Of a stretch of DNA of 64,000 nt, positions 36,633 through 46,269 are shown piece by piece; the first letter of the stretch is position 1, and each line of letters opens with the position of its first letter. The stretch is from Akkermansia muciniphila (GTDB lineage: Bacteria; Verrucomicrobiota; Verrucomicrobiia; Opitutales; Opitutaceae). The notes beneath the pieces were generated by a model. It was not told the DNA's origin. It did not search any database and worked only from the letters and a program-made list of their open reading frames with translations. The position numbers and the translations under genes are program-made. The stretch lies in contig CAMDHP010000002.1 of the NCBI GenBank assembly GCA_945898185.1, forward strand, positions 668-64,667. The letters run 5' to 3'.

Positions 36633-38963
36633 TCAAAGGACGTCCCTCCACTCTTTCCCGTAAAGCAGCACCTCGGGTTCGAGTCGCACGCCGTGGGCTT
36701 TCTCCACCTCGGCACGGACGCGGCGGACGAGCGCAATGACATCGGCGGCGCGGGCGTGGTCGTGGTTAACGATAAAATTGGCGTGCACGGGCGAGACCTC
36801 GGCATCGCCCTCGCGACTGCCCTTGAGCCCCGCCGCGTCAATGAGCCGGCCAGCGGAATCATTCGTAGGATTCTTGAAAATACATCCGGCGGACGGCTCG
36901 CGCGGCTGGGATTTTCTGCGTTTGTCGCGATAGACATCAATCTGTCGCGACACATCCGCTGACGGCGCGGATGCGGATGGCTTCAGCACAGCGGCAATGG
37001 CGATCGCCGACTCCAGCTCCGCGCAGTGCCGGTAGTCCACGTGCATCACCGATTTCGCGAGCGATCGGCGGTCTCCTGCGAGCGTGATCAACTCAACGCT
37101 CTCCACGACATCAAACATCCAGCCACCCATGGCTCCGGCATTCATGCGCAAGGCCCCGCCGACATTGCCCGGTATGCCTTCCAAAAACTCGAAACCGACC
37201 AGCCCGTGTGTCGAGGCGAGGCCGCAAAGATTTTTGAGGCGCAGTCCCGCACCGACCCGCACCCGGCCATCCCCCAGCGGCTCAAAGCTCTCCCAAAAAG
37301 GGTGGCGCAGACTGAGCACAAGTGCCTCCACTCCCTCGTCTGGAACCAGCAGGTTTGAGCCCCTGCCGAGCGGCAGGACCCGCAACCCGATCTTACCGGC
37401 AGAGCGGATGACAGCCAAAAGTTCTTCTTTATTCGCAGGCTCGGCATAAAGCCGGGCAGCGCCGCCCACCCTGAGCGTGGTCCTGGCCGCCAGCGGCGCC
37501 TCGCGTTGGAGCACGGTTTCACTTGAAATATGCTCGCGTAAAACCGTGGCAACCCGATCCCACCAAGCGACGTAGTCGAAGGCCGAAAGCCAGTCGCGGG
37601 CGGAGACATCGAGATCACCCGCGCCGACAATCGCCACCAAATCACCGGGACCCAGATCACGGCTTAACTGCGCGTAAACCGCCGCGTGCGCGCCCGCCCG
37701 ATAAAAGAGTTTCACCGAACGGTGTGCGTCGCTCAAAACGATCGCGAGGCCGGCACTCGTCCCTCCCTCCAATGGAGCCTCTCCAGCGCCATAAACATCG
37801 ACTAGGTAGATTGCATCGGCTGCGGCGAGCGCGGAGGCAAAAGCAGCGCAAAATTGGGCGGTTCTACTGTAGCGATGGGGTTGGAATACGACCCGCATCC
37901 GGCCGCCGGCGGGAAGTCGAGGGCGCAGACCGGCCAGTAGCGCCACGATCTCGGCCGGGTGGTGCGCATAGTCTTCGACTACCGTAAAACCTGCGCCGTG
38001 AGCGAGCACACCCTGCCGCCGCCGCACCCCCGGATAGACCGCGAGCAAATCCGCCCGCAATGGAGCGCCCGCGAGATGCGCGGCGGCCAGTGCGGCGGCG
38101 GCATTGAGCGCATTGAAATCACCGAGAGTCTGCACTCCCGCCGAGCGGATTGGGAAGCGACCGCCGAGCGTGAGTTCGATACCGGTTGAGCTTGAGGCAT
38201 GCTGCGAAACCAATTCGTAATCGCCCTGCTTTCCGAACGTGCTCACTGGCGCGCATCTCGCCGCGACGCGCGCGGAGAGCGCACAGGATGCATTGATCAG
38301 AACCGGTCCGGAGGTGCGAGCGAGCAAGGCGGCAAAGGTCGTCTCCAAGTCCGCCTGGGTCCGATAGTGATCCGGATGATCCCAATCGAGATTTACCACC
38401 ACGGTAAGTGCGGGCGAGAAGGCCTCGATGGTTCCGTCGCTTTCATCAATCTCCGCGACCAGCCAGTCCGTAGATCCGGCGGCGGCAGGCGGGATCGCAT
38501 CGTCGGCAAATAATCCGCCGCCTACATAGCCAACGTCGACGCCAGTGGCGCGAAGCGCGGTCACCAGCATCGCGGTCGTCGTTGTTTTCCCATGGGAACC
38601 GCAGATGGCGATAAGCCGGCGGTTCCGGGTAAGTTCGGCCAGCAATTCGCCACGCCGGACCACAGGTAATCCCCGGGCCTTTGCGGCAACCAGGCCCGGA
38701 TGGGATAATGCGAGCGCTGAGGAAATCACAACCAGCTCGGCATCGGCCGGAATCTCGTTTGAGGCCGTCAAGACGACCCCCGCACGCGTCAATTGAGCGG
38801 ACATAACCGAGGTTGGAGAATCATCGCCGCCGCTCACCCGAAATCCGAGACCCGCCAGGTAAATTGCGAGAGGACCCAGCCCCATTCCGCCGACGCCCAA
38901 CGCATGCACGGCACGCGTCTCGCGACCGAAAAGCGATGGAGGAGTGACGGCGTTTGAACTCAT
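36633..38963 (-). CDS. murC-murB: Bifunctional MurC (N-terminal) - MurB (C-terminal) fusion
   Basis: MurC: GVGGMG, GSHGKTTTT, EIDESDG, DHPD, DYAHHP. MurB: TTLRVGG, GRGSNLL, GIPGNVGGALRMNAG, SAGCIFKNP, HANFIVN, LEPEV. One continuous ORF. Confidence 0.93.
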   Translation of the reverse strand: MSSNAVTPPSLFGRETRAVHALGVGGMGLGPLAIYLAGLGFRVSGGDDSPTSVMSAQLTRAGVVLTASNEIPADAELVVISSALALSHPGLVAAKARGLPVVRRGELLAELTRNRRLIAICGSHGKTTTTAMLVTALRATGVDVGYVGGGLFADDAIPPAAAGSTDWLVAEIDESDGTIEAFSPALTVVVNLDWDHPDHYRTQADLETTFAALLARTSGPVLINASCALSARVAARCAPVSTFGKQGDYELVSQHASSSTGIELTLGGRFPIRSAGVQTLGDFNALNAAAALAAAHLAGAPLRADLLAVYPGVRRRQGVLAHGAGFTVVEDYAHHPAEIVALLAGLRPRLPAGGRMRVVFQPHRYSRTAQFCAAFASALAAADAIYLVDVYGAGEAPLEGGTSAGLAIVLSDAHRSVKLFYRAGAHAAVYAQLSRDLGPGDLVAIVGAGDLDVSARDWLSAFDYVAWWDRVATVLREHISSETVLQREAPLAARTTLRVGGAARLYAEPANKEELLAVIRSAGKIGLRVLPLGRGSNLLVPDEGVEALVLSLRHPFWESFEPLGDGRVRVGAGLRLKNLCGLASTHGLVGFEFLEGIPGNVGGALRMNAGAMGGWMFDVVESVELITLAGDRRSLAKSVMHVDYRHCAELESAIAIAAVLKPSASAPSADVSRQIDVYRDKRRKSQPREPSAGCIFKNPTNDSAGRLIDAAGLKGSREGDAEVSPVHANFIVNHDHARAADVIALVRRVRAEVEKAHGVRLEPEVLLYGKEWRDVL

Positions 38964-40234
38964 GTTTTCGGATTCGTGGGTAATACAATGTTGTCAATCA
39001 TTGATTGACTAGTTGCCTTTGGGCCGGCTCGATCTATTTCCGGCTGGATTGAGGGTGGAAGGGGTGCTGTTTGCGCTGTGTTTGAAAGTGGACGCGGTGT
39101 TCTTTGCGCGCCGGCTGAAGCGGGCGGTTCGGCGGGTGTCGCGATATTCCGCTCCAGATCATCAAGGATGAAGGTCAGCGACGGAACCTCGTCCAACCGG
39201 GCAAGACCGGCACGAAAGCCCGCAATACGCACCGGGTCGGCGAGCAGGCCGCAAACGAGGGCGGTGAGTTCAGCGATCCTTTCCTGCGGTAGCACCAGTC
39301 CCCCGCCCTGCGCTGCGAAATACGCCGCATTTGCACGCTGGTGATCGTCAGCAGCCTGCGGAAACGGAATCAGGATCGCAGGCACGCCGATGCGGGCGAA
39401 CTCGGCTAGGCTGCCGGCACCGGCTCGCGCAACGACAAGGTCGGCGGATGAGAGCAGACCCGAGACATCATCGCAAAACGGGATGGTCGCCGAGCGGAGG
39501 CGGGCCCCACCCGGTCCGGCCAACTCAGTGAATTGCGCCTCGCCCTTGCCCATTCCGGTCACGCAAGCGAGCTGGATGCCACGTGCGGCAAGAGGCACGG
39601 CGGCCTCGCGAGCCCATTGATTGAGCGGCGTCGCGCCCTGACTGCCGCCGAAAACGACAAGCACTTTGTGCGCCGGATCCAGCCCGAGTGAACGCGCGGC
39701 CTCATCACGCGGACGGCGGATGATCTCGGAGCGCACCGGCAGGCCGGCGACGCGGAGCTTGTTATCATCCCGCCCGGGCAGGCTGATTCCATGCGGGAGG
39801 TAGACCCGGCGGGCAAAGCGGGCAAGATGACGCACTGATTTACCTGGCACGCGATTGGCCTCATGTAACGCGACCGGCACTCCCCTTAGCGCGCCAGCGA
39901 GAATGATACTCGCGGTCGTAAAGCCGCCGAAGCCGACGATCGCCGCCGGGCGTTCGGCCGCCACAAGACGGCGACCAGCGGCAAAACCATTTGACTGGGA
40001 AACGAAAAAGCGCCCCAGCACTTTAGGGTGAAGCCCGAAAGGAGTGCCAGGGACAGGAACAAAATGCAGACCGGGATACTTAACCGCCAGCCTTGTATCC
40101 ACTTTTTTTTGACTGATAAGCAGCACCGCACGATGACCGCGGGCCGCAAGCCCCTCGGCCAGGGCGATTCCTGGCGAGAGGTGGCCGCCGGTGCCACCGC
40201 AGGAAAGCAAGAAGGTGCGTCCGGTAGCGCTCAT
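38960..40234 (-). CDS. murG: Undecaprenyldiphospho-muramoylpentapeptide N-acetylglucosaminyltransferase, with a C-terminal extension of about 65 aa
   Basis: GGTGGHLSPG, GFGG, HEAN, FGGSQGA, RAGA, Q..NA. Confidence 0.95.
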   Translation of the reverse strand: MSATGRTFLLSCGGTGGHLSPGIALAEGLAARGHRAVLLISQKKVDTRLAVKYPGLHFVPVPGTPFGLHPKVLGRFFVSQSNGFAAGRRLVAAERPAAIVGFGGFTTASIILAGALRGVPVALHEANRVPGKSVRHLARFARRVYLPHGISLPGRDDNKLRVAGLPVRSEIIRRPRDEAARSLGLDPAHKVLVVFGGSQGATPLNQWAREAAVPLAARGIQLACVTGMGKGEAQFTELAGPGGARLRSATIPFCDDVSGLLSSADLVVARAGAGSLAEFARIGVPAILIPFPQAADDHQRANAAYFAAQGGGLVLPQERIAELTALVCGLLADPVRIAGFRAGLARLDEVPSLTFILDDLERNIATPAEPPASAGAQRTPRPLSNTAQTAPLPPSIQPEIDRAGPKATSQSMIDNIVLPTNPKT

Positions 40235-41373
40235 GCGAAGTCCCGGCTTCCGGGCAGGACCTCGCTGCGCATCCAGGCGCGGCGGGTGTTGACGAGCAGT
40301 CCCACGAGCAGCCCCATTAGCACGAGGTTGGATATGCCGGCACTGACGAAGGGCATGGACATTCCCTTCGTAGGGAGCCGGCCGGTGACTACGCCAACGT
40401 TAATGACCGCCTGAAGGGCGATCAGCAGAATGGCCCCGGCGACCAGCAGATATTGAAAGAGGTTAGGCGCCCGCCTTAGATGAATAAGACCGCAGATAAA
40501 GATGAGCGTAAACGCGGCGACCGTGAGCAGAGTGGCCACCAAGCCCATCTCCTCTCCAACGATGGCAAAGATGAAATCAGTATGCGCCTCCGGCAGAAAA
40601 TACATCTGCTGCCTCCCCTGGCCCAGACCCGCTCCGTCAATGCCACCTGCCGCAAAAGCGAGAAAGGATTGGTAGACCTGATAGGTGCCCGCCTGTTTGT
40701 TGCCTTCGACATCCAGGAACGAAGTAAGGCGCGCAAGGCGATTGGGATTGAGCCAGATCGCGACTGAAAAAGCGGCGGCGCCGACGCCGACACAGGTGAA
40801 AATATAGCGCGATTGGGCGCCGGCGAGAAAGAGCAGGATCACCCCCACGGCGCCGACCAGCGCTGCGGTGCCGAAGTCGGGCTGAAGCATAATCAGGCCG
40901 CCGGCCGCTCCAATAATACAAAGCGGATACAAAAACCCCCGCTTAAACTCTGCCATGCGCGACTGATTGAGCGCGAGGTAGTGGGCGAGCGCGAAAACCA
41001 GTCCTATCTTGGCCAGCTCAGAAATCTGGAAGCGTATCGGCCCCAATCCGAGCCAGCGGCGGGAACCATTCACGCTGATGCCGATGCCCGGCACGGCGAC
41101 GAGCAGGAGCAGGAATACGATCCCGCCGATGATCAGCCATAGGTGGCGACGCAGATATTCGAGATCAACGCGGCTCATGGCGTAGCCGGCGAGGACGCCG
41201 AGGCTCATGCCAAGAACCTGCTTCCAAAAATACGCCGCCTTGGCGCTAAAAACCGCGATAAGACCCAGGGTGCAGAGAAATGCCACGCAGACGAGAATGA
41301 CGCCGACCGGATTCACGGCCGGACGCGCCGGAGCGGAATCCGGGGAAGACAGCTGAGTGGCAAAAAGCGGCAT
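40231..41373 (-). CDS. ftsW: SEDS-family peptidoglycan glycosyltransferase FtsW
   Basis: GSRRWL, QISELAK, LQPDFGT, YQVYQS, LPEAHTDFIF, EEMG, P.KGMSMPFVSAG. Confidence 0.95.
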   Translation of the reverse strand: MPLFATQLSSPDSAPARPAVNPVGVILVCVAFLCTLGLIAVFSAKAAYFWKQVLGMSLGVLAGYAMSRVDLEYLRRHLWLIIGGIVFLLLLVAVPGIGISVNGSRRWLGLGPIRFQISELAKIGLVFALAHYLALNQSRMAEFKRGFLYPLCIIGAAGGLIMLQPDFGTAALVGAVGVILLFLAGAQSRYIFTCVGVGAAAFSVAIWLNPNRLARLTSFLDVEGNKQAGTYQVYQSFLAFAAGGIDGAGLGQGRQQMYFLPEAHTDFIFAIVGEEMGLVATLLTVAAFTLIFICGLIHLRRAPNLFQYLLVAGAILLIALQAVINVGVVTGRLPTKGMSMPFVSAGISNLVLMGLLVGLLVNTRRAWMRSEVLPGSRDFA

Positions 41374-41406
41374 AGCGGCAGTTCTGACGGCTTTTTTCGT
41401 AATTGG

Positions 41407-42414
41407 TTAATCAATACGAATCACAGGCACGGCCATCGGCTGCACCGGAGTAACGACAGGCGTGACCGGCGAAGGCACGGGCTCGGCGGGCGCTGCGGGC
41501 GATGAGGGCGCCGCCAGAGCGGAGGTGGCGGTTTTGGCTGCGGCCTTGGCACCAACCGGGAGCTTCAGCGCCTGACCGACCCGAATCTTCGCCGGATCTG
41601 CGATATTGTTGAGGGTGGCGAGATCGCCAACCCGGACACCATGCTTGCGTGCAATGGAGCCGAGGGTGTCACCGGGCACCACGGTGTGAGTTGCGTCGCT
41701 AGCCGCGGGCGCGGGGCGGACCGACGGGATATCCCCTGCGGGCAAGGCTGCGGCAAGAGCGGACACCGGGCTCGAATTAAACGGCAAGACGAGCTTCTGG
41801 CCGATGCGCAGATTGTCACTCTTGAGGTTATTGGCGGTGCGGATTTCGGCGGCGGTGCTGCCCTGTTTGCGAGCGATAGAGCCGAGCGTATCGCCGGATA
41901 CGACCAAGTAGGTGTTGGCGGCTTCACTGGAGACACCGGCGGAGGGCGCGGCGGCCTTGGCGGGAACAGTCAAGGTCTGGCCGAGGCGCAGGCTGGCGGT
42001 TTTCGCGAGCTTGTTCGCGGCGGCAAGTTCATCGAGCGTTATGCTGTATTTGCGCGAGATGGACCAAAGGCTATCGCCCTTTGCAACCGTGTGCGTGGCG
42101 GAGGTCGCGACCGGAGCGTCTGCAACGATTGGTGCAACCGAGGGCCGGGTTGGCATGAACCGGATAATCCCGTCGGCCGGTTCAGAGAAGGGCGAAACAG
42201 GCGGGACAACCGGCACGGGGGCCACGGCTGTTGCGTCAGCCGGCACCGCGATAGGACTCAACGAATCCAGAACTGGGGAAACCGAAGTGGGCGCAGTTGC
42301 CTCGGGCGCGGGCTTGGTGCGTCCGGCCGAACGGCAGCCCGGCGTGGCAAAGATAACGACAAAAACGGCGGCGTGAACCGCGACGACGAGACCAGTAACG
42401 TGGATTAGTTTCAT
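41407..42414 (-). CDS. LysM peptidoglycan-binding protein (three LysM repeats, N-terminal anchor or lipoprotein-like Cys)
   Basis: HTVAKGDSLWSIS, YLVVSGDTLGSIA, HTVVPGDTLGSIA. Confidence 0.9.
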   Translation of the reverse strand: MKLIHVTGLVVAVHAAVFVVIFATPGCRSAGRTKPAPEATAPTSVSPVLDSLSPIAVPADATAVAPVPVVPPVSPFSEPADGIIRFMPTRPSVAPIVADAPVATSATHTVAKGDSLWSISRKYSITLDELAAANKLAKTASLRLGQTLTVPAKAAAPSAGVSSEAANTYLVVSGDTLGSIARKQGSTAAEIRTANNLKSDNLRIGQKLVLPFNSSPVSALAAALPAGDIPSVRPAPAASDATHTVVPGDTLGSIARKHGVRVGDLATLNNIADPAKIRVGQALKLPVGAKAAAKTATSALAAPSSPAAPAEPVPSPVTPVVTPVQPMAVPVIRID

Positions 42415-42432
42415 GATGTTTTTTGAGTAAAG

Positions 42433-43731
42433 TTAAACGGATACGGGAAAAGGTGCGGCGGAGACCTGACTGAAAAGCGTGACGAACTGATCGCCCCGGT
42501 CGGCGTAGCCGCTGAATTGATCCAAGCTCGCAAACCCCGGACTCAGGAGCGCCTGGTCACCGGGTGCGGCGAGAGCGGCGAGCGCCTGCACGGCATGCGA
42601 GAGGTCATTGCACAAGGTATACGGAACATTCTCGGCGCCGCAAAACGTTGCAAGCACGTGACGGGTCTCGCCGATCAATGCGACATGGCGGACATGCGAC
42701 GCAATACGTCGAACGAAACCCTGTAAATCGCCGCCCTTGGATTTGCCTCCGGCGATGAGCAGGACCGGTTGTTGGAAGCGGGCAAGCGCGGCCTCGGTAG
42801 CGTGGAAGTTAGTCGCCTTGGAATCGTTCCACCACGTTACGCCATTCATCTCCCCCACCCTTTCGAGCCGGTGGCGGGACAGAGCAAAACTACGGGCGGC
42901 AGTGTAGAGAATGCCCTCGCGCAGACCGGCGGCGCGCCACCAAGCCGCGGCGAGGATAAAGTTTTCGCGCTGCGGATAGTCGGCGAAGAGCGTGCCTTGA
43001 AGCAGCACGTCGCCGGGTTGATCTTCGCTGGCGATACAGGCATCGGCCGGGAGGGTCTGCCCAAAGAGCGTGGCAAAATGCTGCACACTACTGCCCGCTT
43101 GAACGTGTCCTCCGATGCAACGCTCAAAAAGTCGCCACTTCGCCATAAAATAGGTTTCCATACTGCCGTGCCGTTCGAGGTGATCTTCGGCGAAGTTGAT
43201 CCAGAGAGCACTATCCGCACGGAAGTGACGCAGCGTTTCGGCCTGGAATGAGCTGACCTCGCACAACGCATAGGCATCGGGCGCACCGCCGTTACGATCA
43301 ACCACAAGCTGGGACAAAGGATATCCGATGTTGCCGGTTGCAGTGGCGTCGAGCCCGGCGGTGTCTAACGCGTGGGTGAGAAACTCAGTGAGCGTGGTCT
43401 TGCCGTTGGTTCCGGTTATGGCGACGAGCGGTCCGCGCCAGAAAAGAGACGCAAAATCAAGTTCGCCCAGGCAAAGGGCGCCTGCAGCACGAGCGGAGGC
43501 GAGCCAGGGGTGCGTCGGCGTGAATCCTGGGGAAAACAGCACCAAGCGATGCGCGGTCGCATCTGAAGTGGTAAAGTCGCCGAAGTCGCCGTCCGAGGGA
43601 TTGGCATCAAAAACCATGCCGCGCGCTCCGAGGCGTAAAACCAAGGCGGTCAACGCACGACCGCTCACTCCGCCGCCGAAAATAGCGACTGGATGGGAGA
43701 GCAGAGGGCGAATGTAATCAGGGACGTTCAC
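42433..43731 (-). CDS. murD: UDP-N-acetylmuramoyl-L-alanine--D-glutamate ligase
   Basis: AITGTNGKTT, EVSSFQ, EDHLERH, NDSKATN, LSPGFASLDQF...RG. Confidence 0.95.
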   Translation of the reverse strand: MNVPDYIRPLLSHPVAIFGGGVSGRALTALVLRLGARGMVFDANPSDGDFGDFTTSDATAHRLVLFSPGFTPTHPWLASARAAGALCLGELDFASLFWRGPLVAITGTNGKTTLTEFLTHALDTAGLDATATGNIGYPLSQLVVDRNGGAPDAYALCEVSSFQAETLRHFRADSALWINFAEDHLERHGSMETYFMAKWRLFERCIGGHVQAGSSVQHFATLFGQTLPADACIASEDQPGDVLLQGTLFADYPQRENFILAAAWWRAAGLREGILYTAARSFALSRHRLERVGEMNGVTWWNDSKATNFHATEAALARFQQPVLLIAGGKSKGGDLQGFVRRIASHVRHVALIGETRHVLATFCGAENVPYTLCNDLSHAVQALAALAAPGDQALLSPGFASLDQFSGYADRGDQFVTLFSQVSAAPFPVSV

Positions 43732-43774
43732 AGATGAAATCGTGAAATGGGGCGGTGGAAATAGCGGCGAAGGG

Positions 43775-44896
43775 TTAGCGTAGTTTCAGAGTGGCGAGAC
43801 CGGCGAGAGAGCACATGAGCGAAATGACCCAAAAGCGCAGAACAACTTTGGTTTCGGGCCAGCCCAGTTTTTGAAAATGATGATGAATCGGAGCCATACG
43901 GAAAACGCGGCGGCCCTCGCCATACCGGCGTTTGGTGTATTTGAAAAACCCCACCTGAATAATGACTGAAGCCGCCTCCACTACAAAGATGCCGCCCACG
44001 ATTATCAGCGTGAATGGCTGCTGCACCATGAAGGCGATGACACCGATGAGACCGCCAAGAGCGAGTGAGCCGGTGTCGCCCATGAAAACCTCCGCCGGGT
44101 GGGAATTGAACCAAAGGAACGCCATTCCGGCCCCGACCACCGCGGCGCAGATGATGGCCAGCTCACCACTGCCACTCACGTAAGAGATTAACAAATACGA
44201 AGCGATTTTTATGTTACCGGCGGCGTAGGCCATAATGCCGTAAACGAGAGCCACGCTGATGGTGCAACCGATGGCGAGGCCATCGAGGCCGTCAGTCAGG
44301 TTAATCGCGTTGGAGAAGCCGACGACCCAGAAAAAGTGCATCACAAACAAACCGATCAGACCAAGACCGAGCGGAAAAACATAGATCGGGTCCTTAAGAA
44401 ACGGCATCCATACCTCGCGGATCTTTTCAGCGCTGGTTGGATGCCAAAGCAGCACGGCGAGGGAGATGATGGTTACAAGGGTCTGCCAGACGATTTTCTC
44501 ACGAGACGATATGCCGTCTTTATTCTTGTGGACCGCCTTCAGGTAGTCGTCACGAAAGCCAACCCCGGTCAGCGCGGCGTAAACAAAGAGGGCGGTGTAA
44601 ACCCAGACATTCGGCGCAGCCCAAAGCACGGAGCTGATGAAGACGGAGGCAAAGATGAGCAGGCCGCCCATGGTGGGGACGTTTTTCTTGTCAAAGCGCT
44701 GCGCGAGGTCCCCGGTGCGGGTGTCATCGTAGTGCTGGCCGTATTTAAGCCGGCGCAGCTTGGTGATGAGCCAGGGCCCAATGAGGAATCCAATGACCGT
44801 GGCGGTGCCGGTAGCCATGAGCGCACGGAACGAGAGGAACCGCAGGACACGAAGCGGGCCCCAGATGTGATCGAAGTCTGAAAGGTTACTAAGCAT
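43775..44896 (-). CDS. mraY: Phospho-N-acetylmuramoyl-pentapeptide transferase
   Basis: PTMGG, DDYLK, NAINLTDGLDGL, FMGDTGSLALG, APIHHHF. Confidence 0.97.
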   Translation of the reverse strand: MLSNLSDFDHIWGPLRVLRFLSFRALMATGTATVIGFLIGPWLITKLRRLKYGQHYDDTRTGDLAQRFDKKNVPTMGGLLIFASVFISSVLWAAPNVWVYTALFVYAALTGVGFRDDYLKAVHKNKDGISSREKIVWQTLVTIISLAVLLWHPTSAEKIREVWMPFLKDPIYVFPLGLGLIGLFVMHFFWVVGFSNAINLTDGLDGLAIGCTISVALVYGIMAYAAGNIKIASYLLISYVSGSGELAIICAAVVGAGMAFLWFNSHPAEVFMGDTGSLALGGLIGVIAFMVQQPFTLIIVGGIFVVEAASVIIQVGFFKYTKRRYGEGRRVFRMAPIHHHFQKLGWPETKVVLRFWVISLMCSLAGLATLKLR

Positions 44897-44898
44897 GG

Positions 44899-46257
44899 CT
44901 ATTGGGAGTGCGCGGCGATTTCGCCGCTTGGAGCGAGGAGGGATTCGAGTTGGTAACGTCGGCTGCCTTTAATGAAAACAGACCCGGTAAAATGATCCAA
45001 GTGGAGGCGTGCGGACGCGAGATCAGGCACCGCGATTACAGCTGGCGAACCGGAACCCTGCACGAGCGCGTCGGCGGCGGCGGGCGCAGCCAGCACCAGC
45101 GCGAGATCGGCGGGTCTAAGGCGGGCGGCCAGAGCGGCTCCGAATTCGCGATGATAACGCAAGGTATCAACGCCGAGCTCTTCCATGCCACCGACGATGT
45201 AGAGACGCGGCAGGGCGGCCGGAGCCAGGTCAGCGAACACAGCGAGCGCATCGTGCATCGAAGCGGGGTTGGCGTTATAACAATCCACATAGAGCCAGCG
45301 CCCGGCGGCGTCCCGGCGAAGCTCACCGCGTAGCGCGGCCGGCTTCCAAAGGTTGAGGCGTAACTGGGCGTCCGCGGAGGAGACCCCGAGGTGAAGCGCA
45401 GCAGCAAGGGCGAGAGCGGCGTTACCCGCCATCCCGCTGGATATGCGCCGGCAATGGAAATCCACCTCGAGAGAGGAATTTGTCGGTATAAAACGGATAC
45501 GTGTCGCGTCTGCCGATTGCGATATGTTCGGACTCAGCGGTCGGATCGGAACGGATAAGTTACGAAAAGATTCATAGGCTGCGCAAGACGCTGCGAACAG
45601 CTTCAAGCCGCCGGGCCGGACCGCAGCGGGTAGGATGGATTTCTCACGGGCTACGCCTTCGAGCGAGCCAAGCGCCTCAAGATGCGCCGGGCCAACCAAT
45701 GTTATGATCGCGAGGTCCGGTTGGATCATGGCCGCCAGGGGGGCCATTTCACCCGGGCCGCCGATACCGGCTTCAATCACGGCGAAGCGGTGGGTGGCGG
45801 AATCAAGACGGGTGAGACTAAGCGGAACGCCGAGGTGGTTATTAAGGTTTCCCTCGGTCGCGAGGACCTTGCCCGGCGAGGAAGCGAGCAGCAGGGCGAG
45901 CAGGTCTTTGGTCGAGGTTTTCCCCGCGCTGCCGGAGATGCCAACGACGGGACCCAAAAACGCCTTCCGATGGGCGGCCGCGATGGCTTGAAAGGCGACG
46001 AGCGGATCAGCCACGACGAGCTGGGGCAACGAGAGCGAAGCGTCGGGCTTTGCCACCAATGCGGCGGAGGCCCCGGCGGCTTCGGCGGCGGCTAAAAAGG
46101 CGTGCCCATCGCGGGCGGCGGATTTGATCGCGACGAAAACAGTTCCGGCGCCGATTCGTCGCGTATCAATGCCGAAACCCGTAAGAGCGCACACCGGTTC
46201 ACGCGTCCAGTGGCCAGAAGCGGTGCGAGCGATGAAATCGGGGGAGAAGGCCGGCAT
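44899..46257 (-). CDS. murF: UDP-N-acetylmuramoyl-tripeptide--D-alanyl-D-alanine ligase
   Basis: IDTR, GSAGKTSTKD, NLNNHLGVP, DCYNANPASM, GGMEELG, IKGSR. Confidence 0.95.
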   Translation of the reverse strand: MPAFSPDFIARTASGHWTREPVCALTGFGIDTRRIGAGTVFVAIKSAARDGHAFLAAAEAAGASAALVAKPDASLSLPQLVVADPLVAFQAIAAAHRKAFLGPVVGISGSAGKTSTKDLLALLLASSPGKVLATEGNLNNHLGVPLSLTRLDSATHRFAVIEAGIGGPGEMAPLAAMIQPDLAIITLVGPAHLEALGSLEGVAREKSILPAAVRPGGLKLFAASCAAYESFRNLSVPIRPLSPNISQSADATRIRFIPTNSSLEVDFHCRRISSGMAGNAALALAAALHLGVSSADAQLRLNLWKPAALRGELRRDAAGRWLYVDCYNANPASMHDALAVFADLAPAALPRLYIVGGMEELGVDTLRYHREFGAALAARLRPADLALVLAAPAAADALVQGSGSPAVIAVPDLASARLHLDHFTGSVFIKGSRRYQLESLLAPSGEIAAHSQ

Positions 46258-46269
46258 TGGTCGAAAAAA

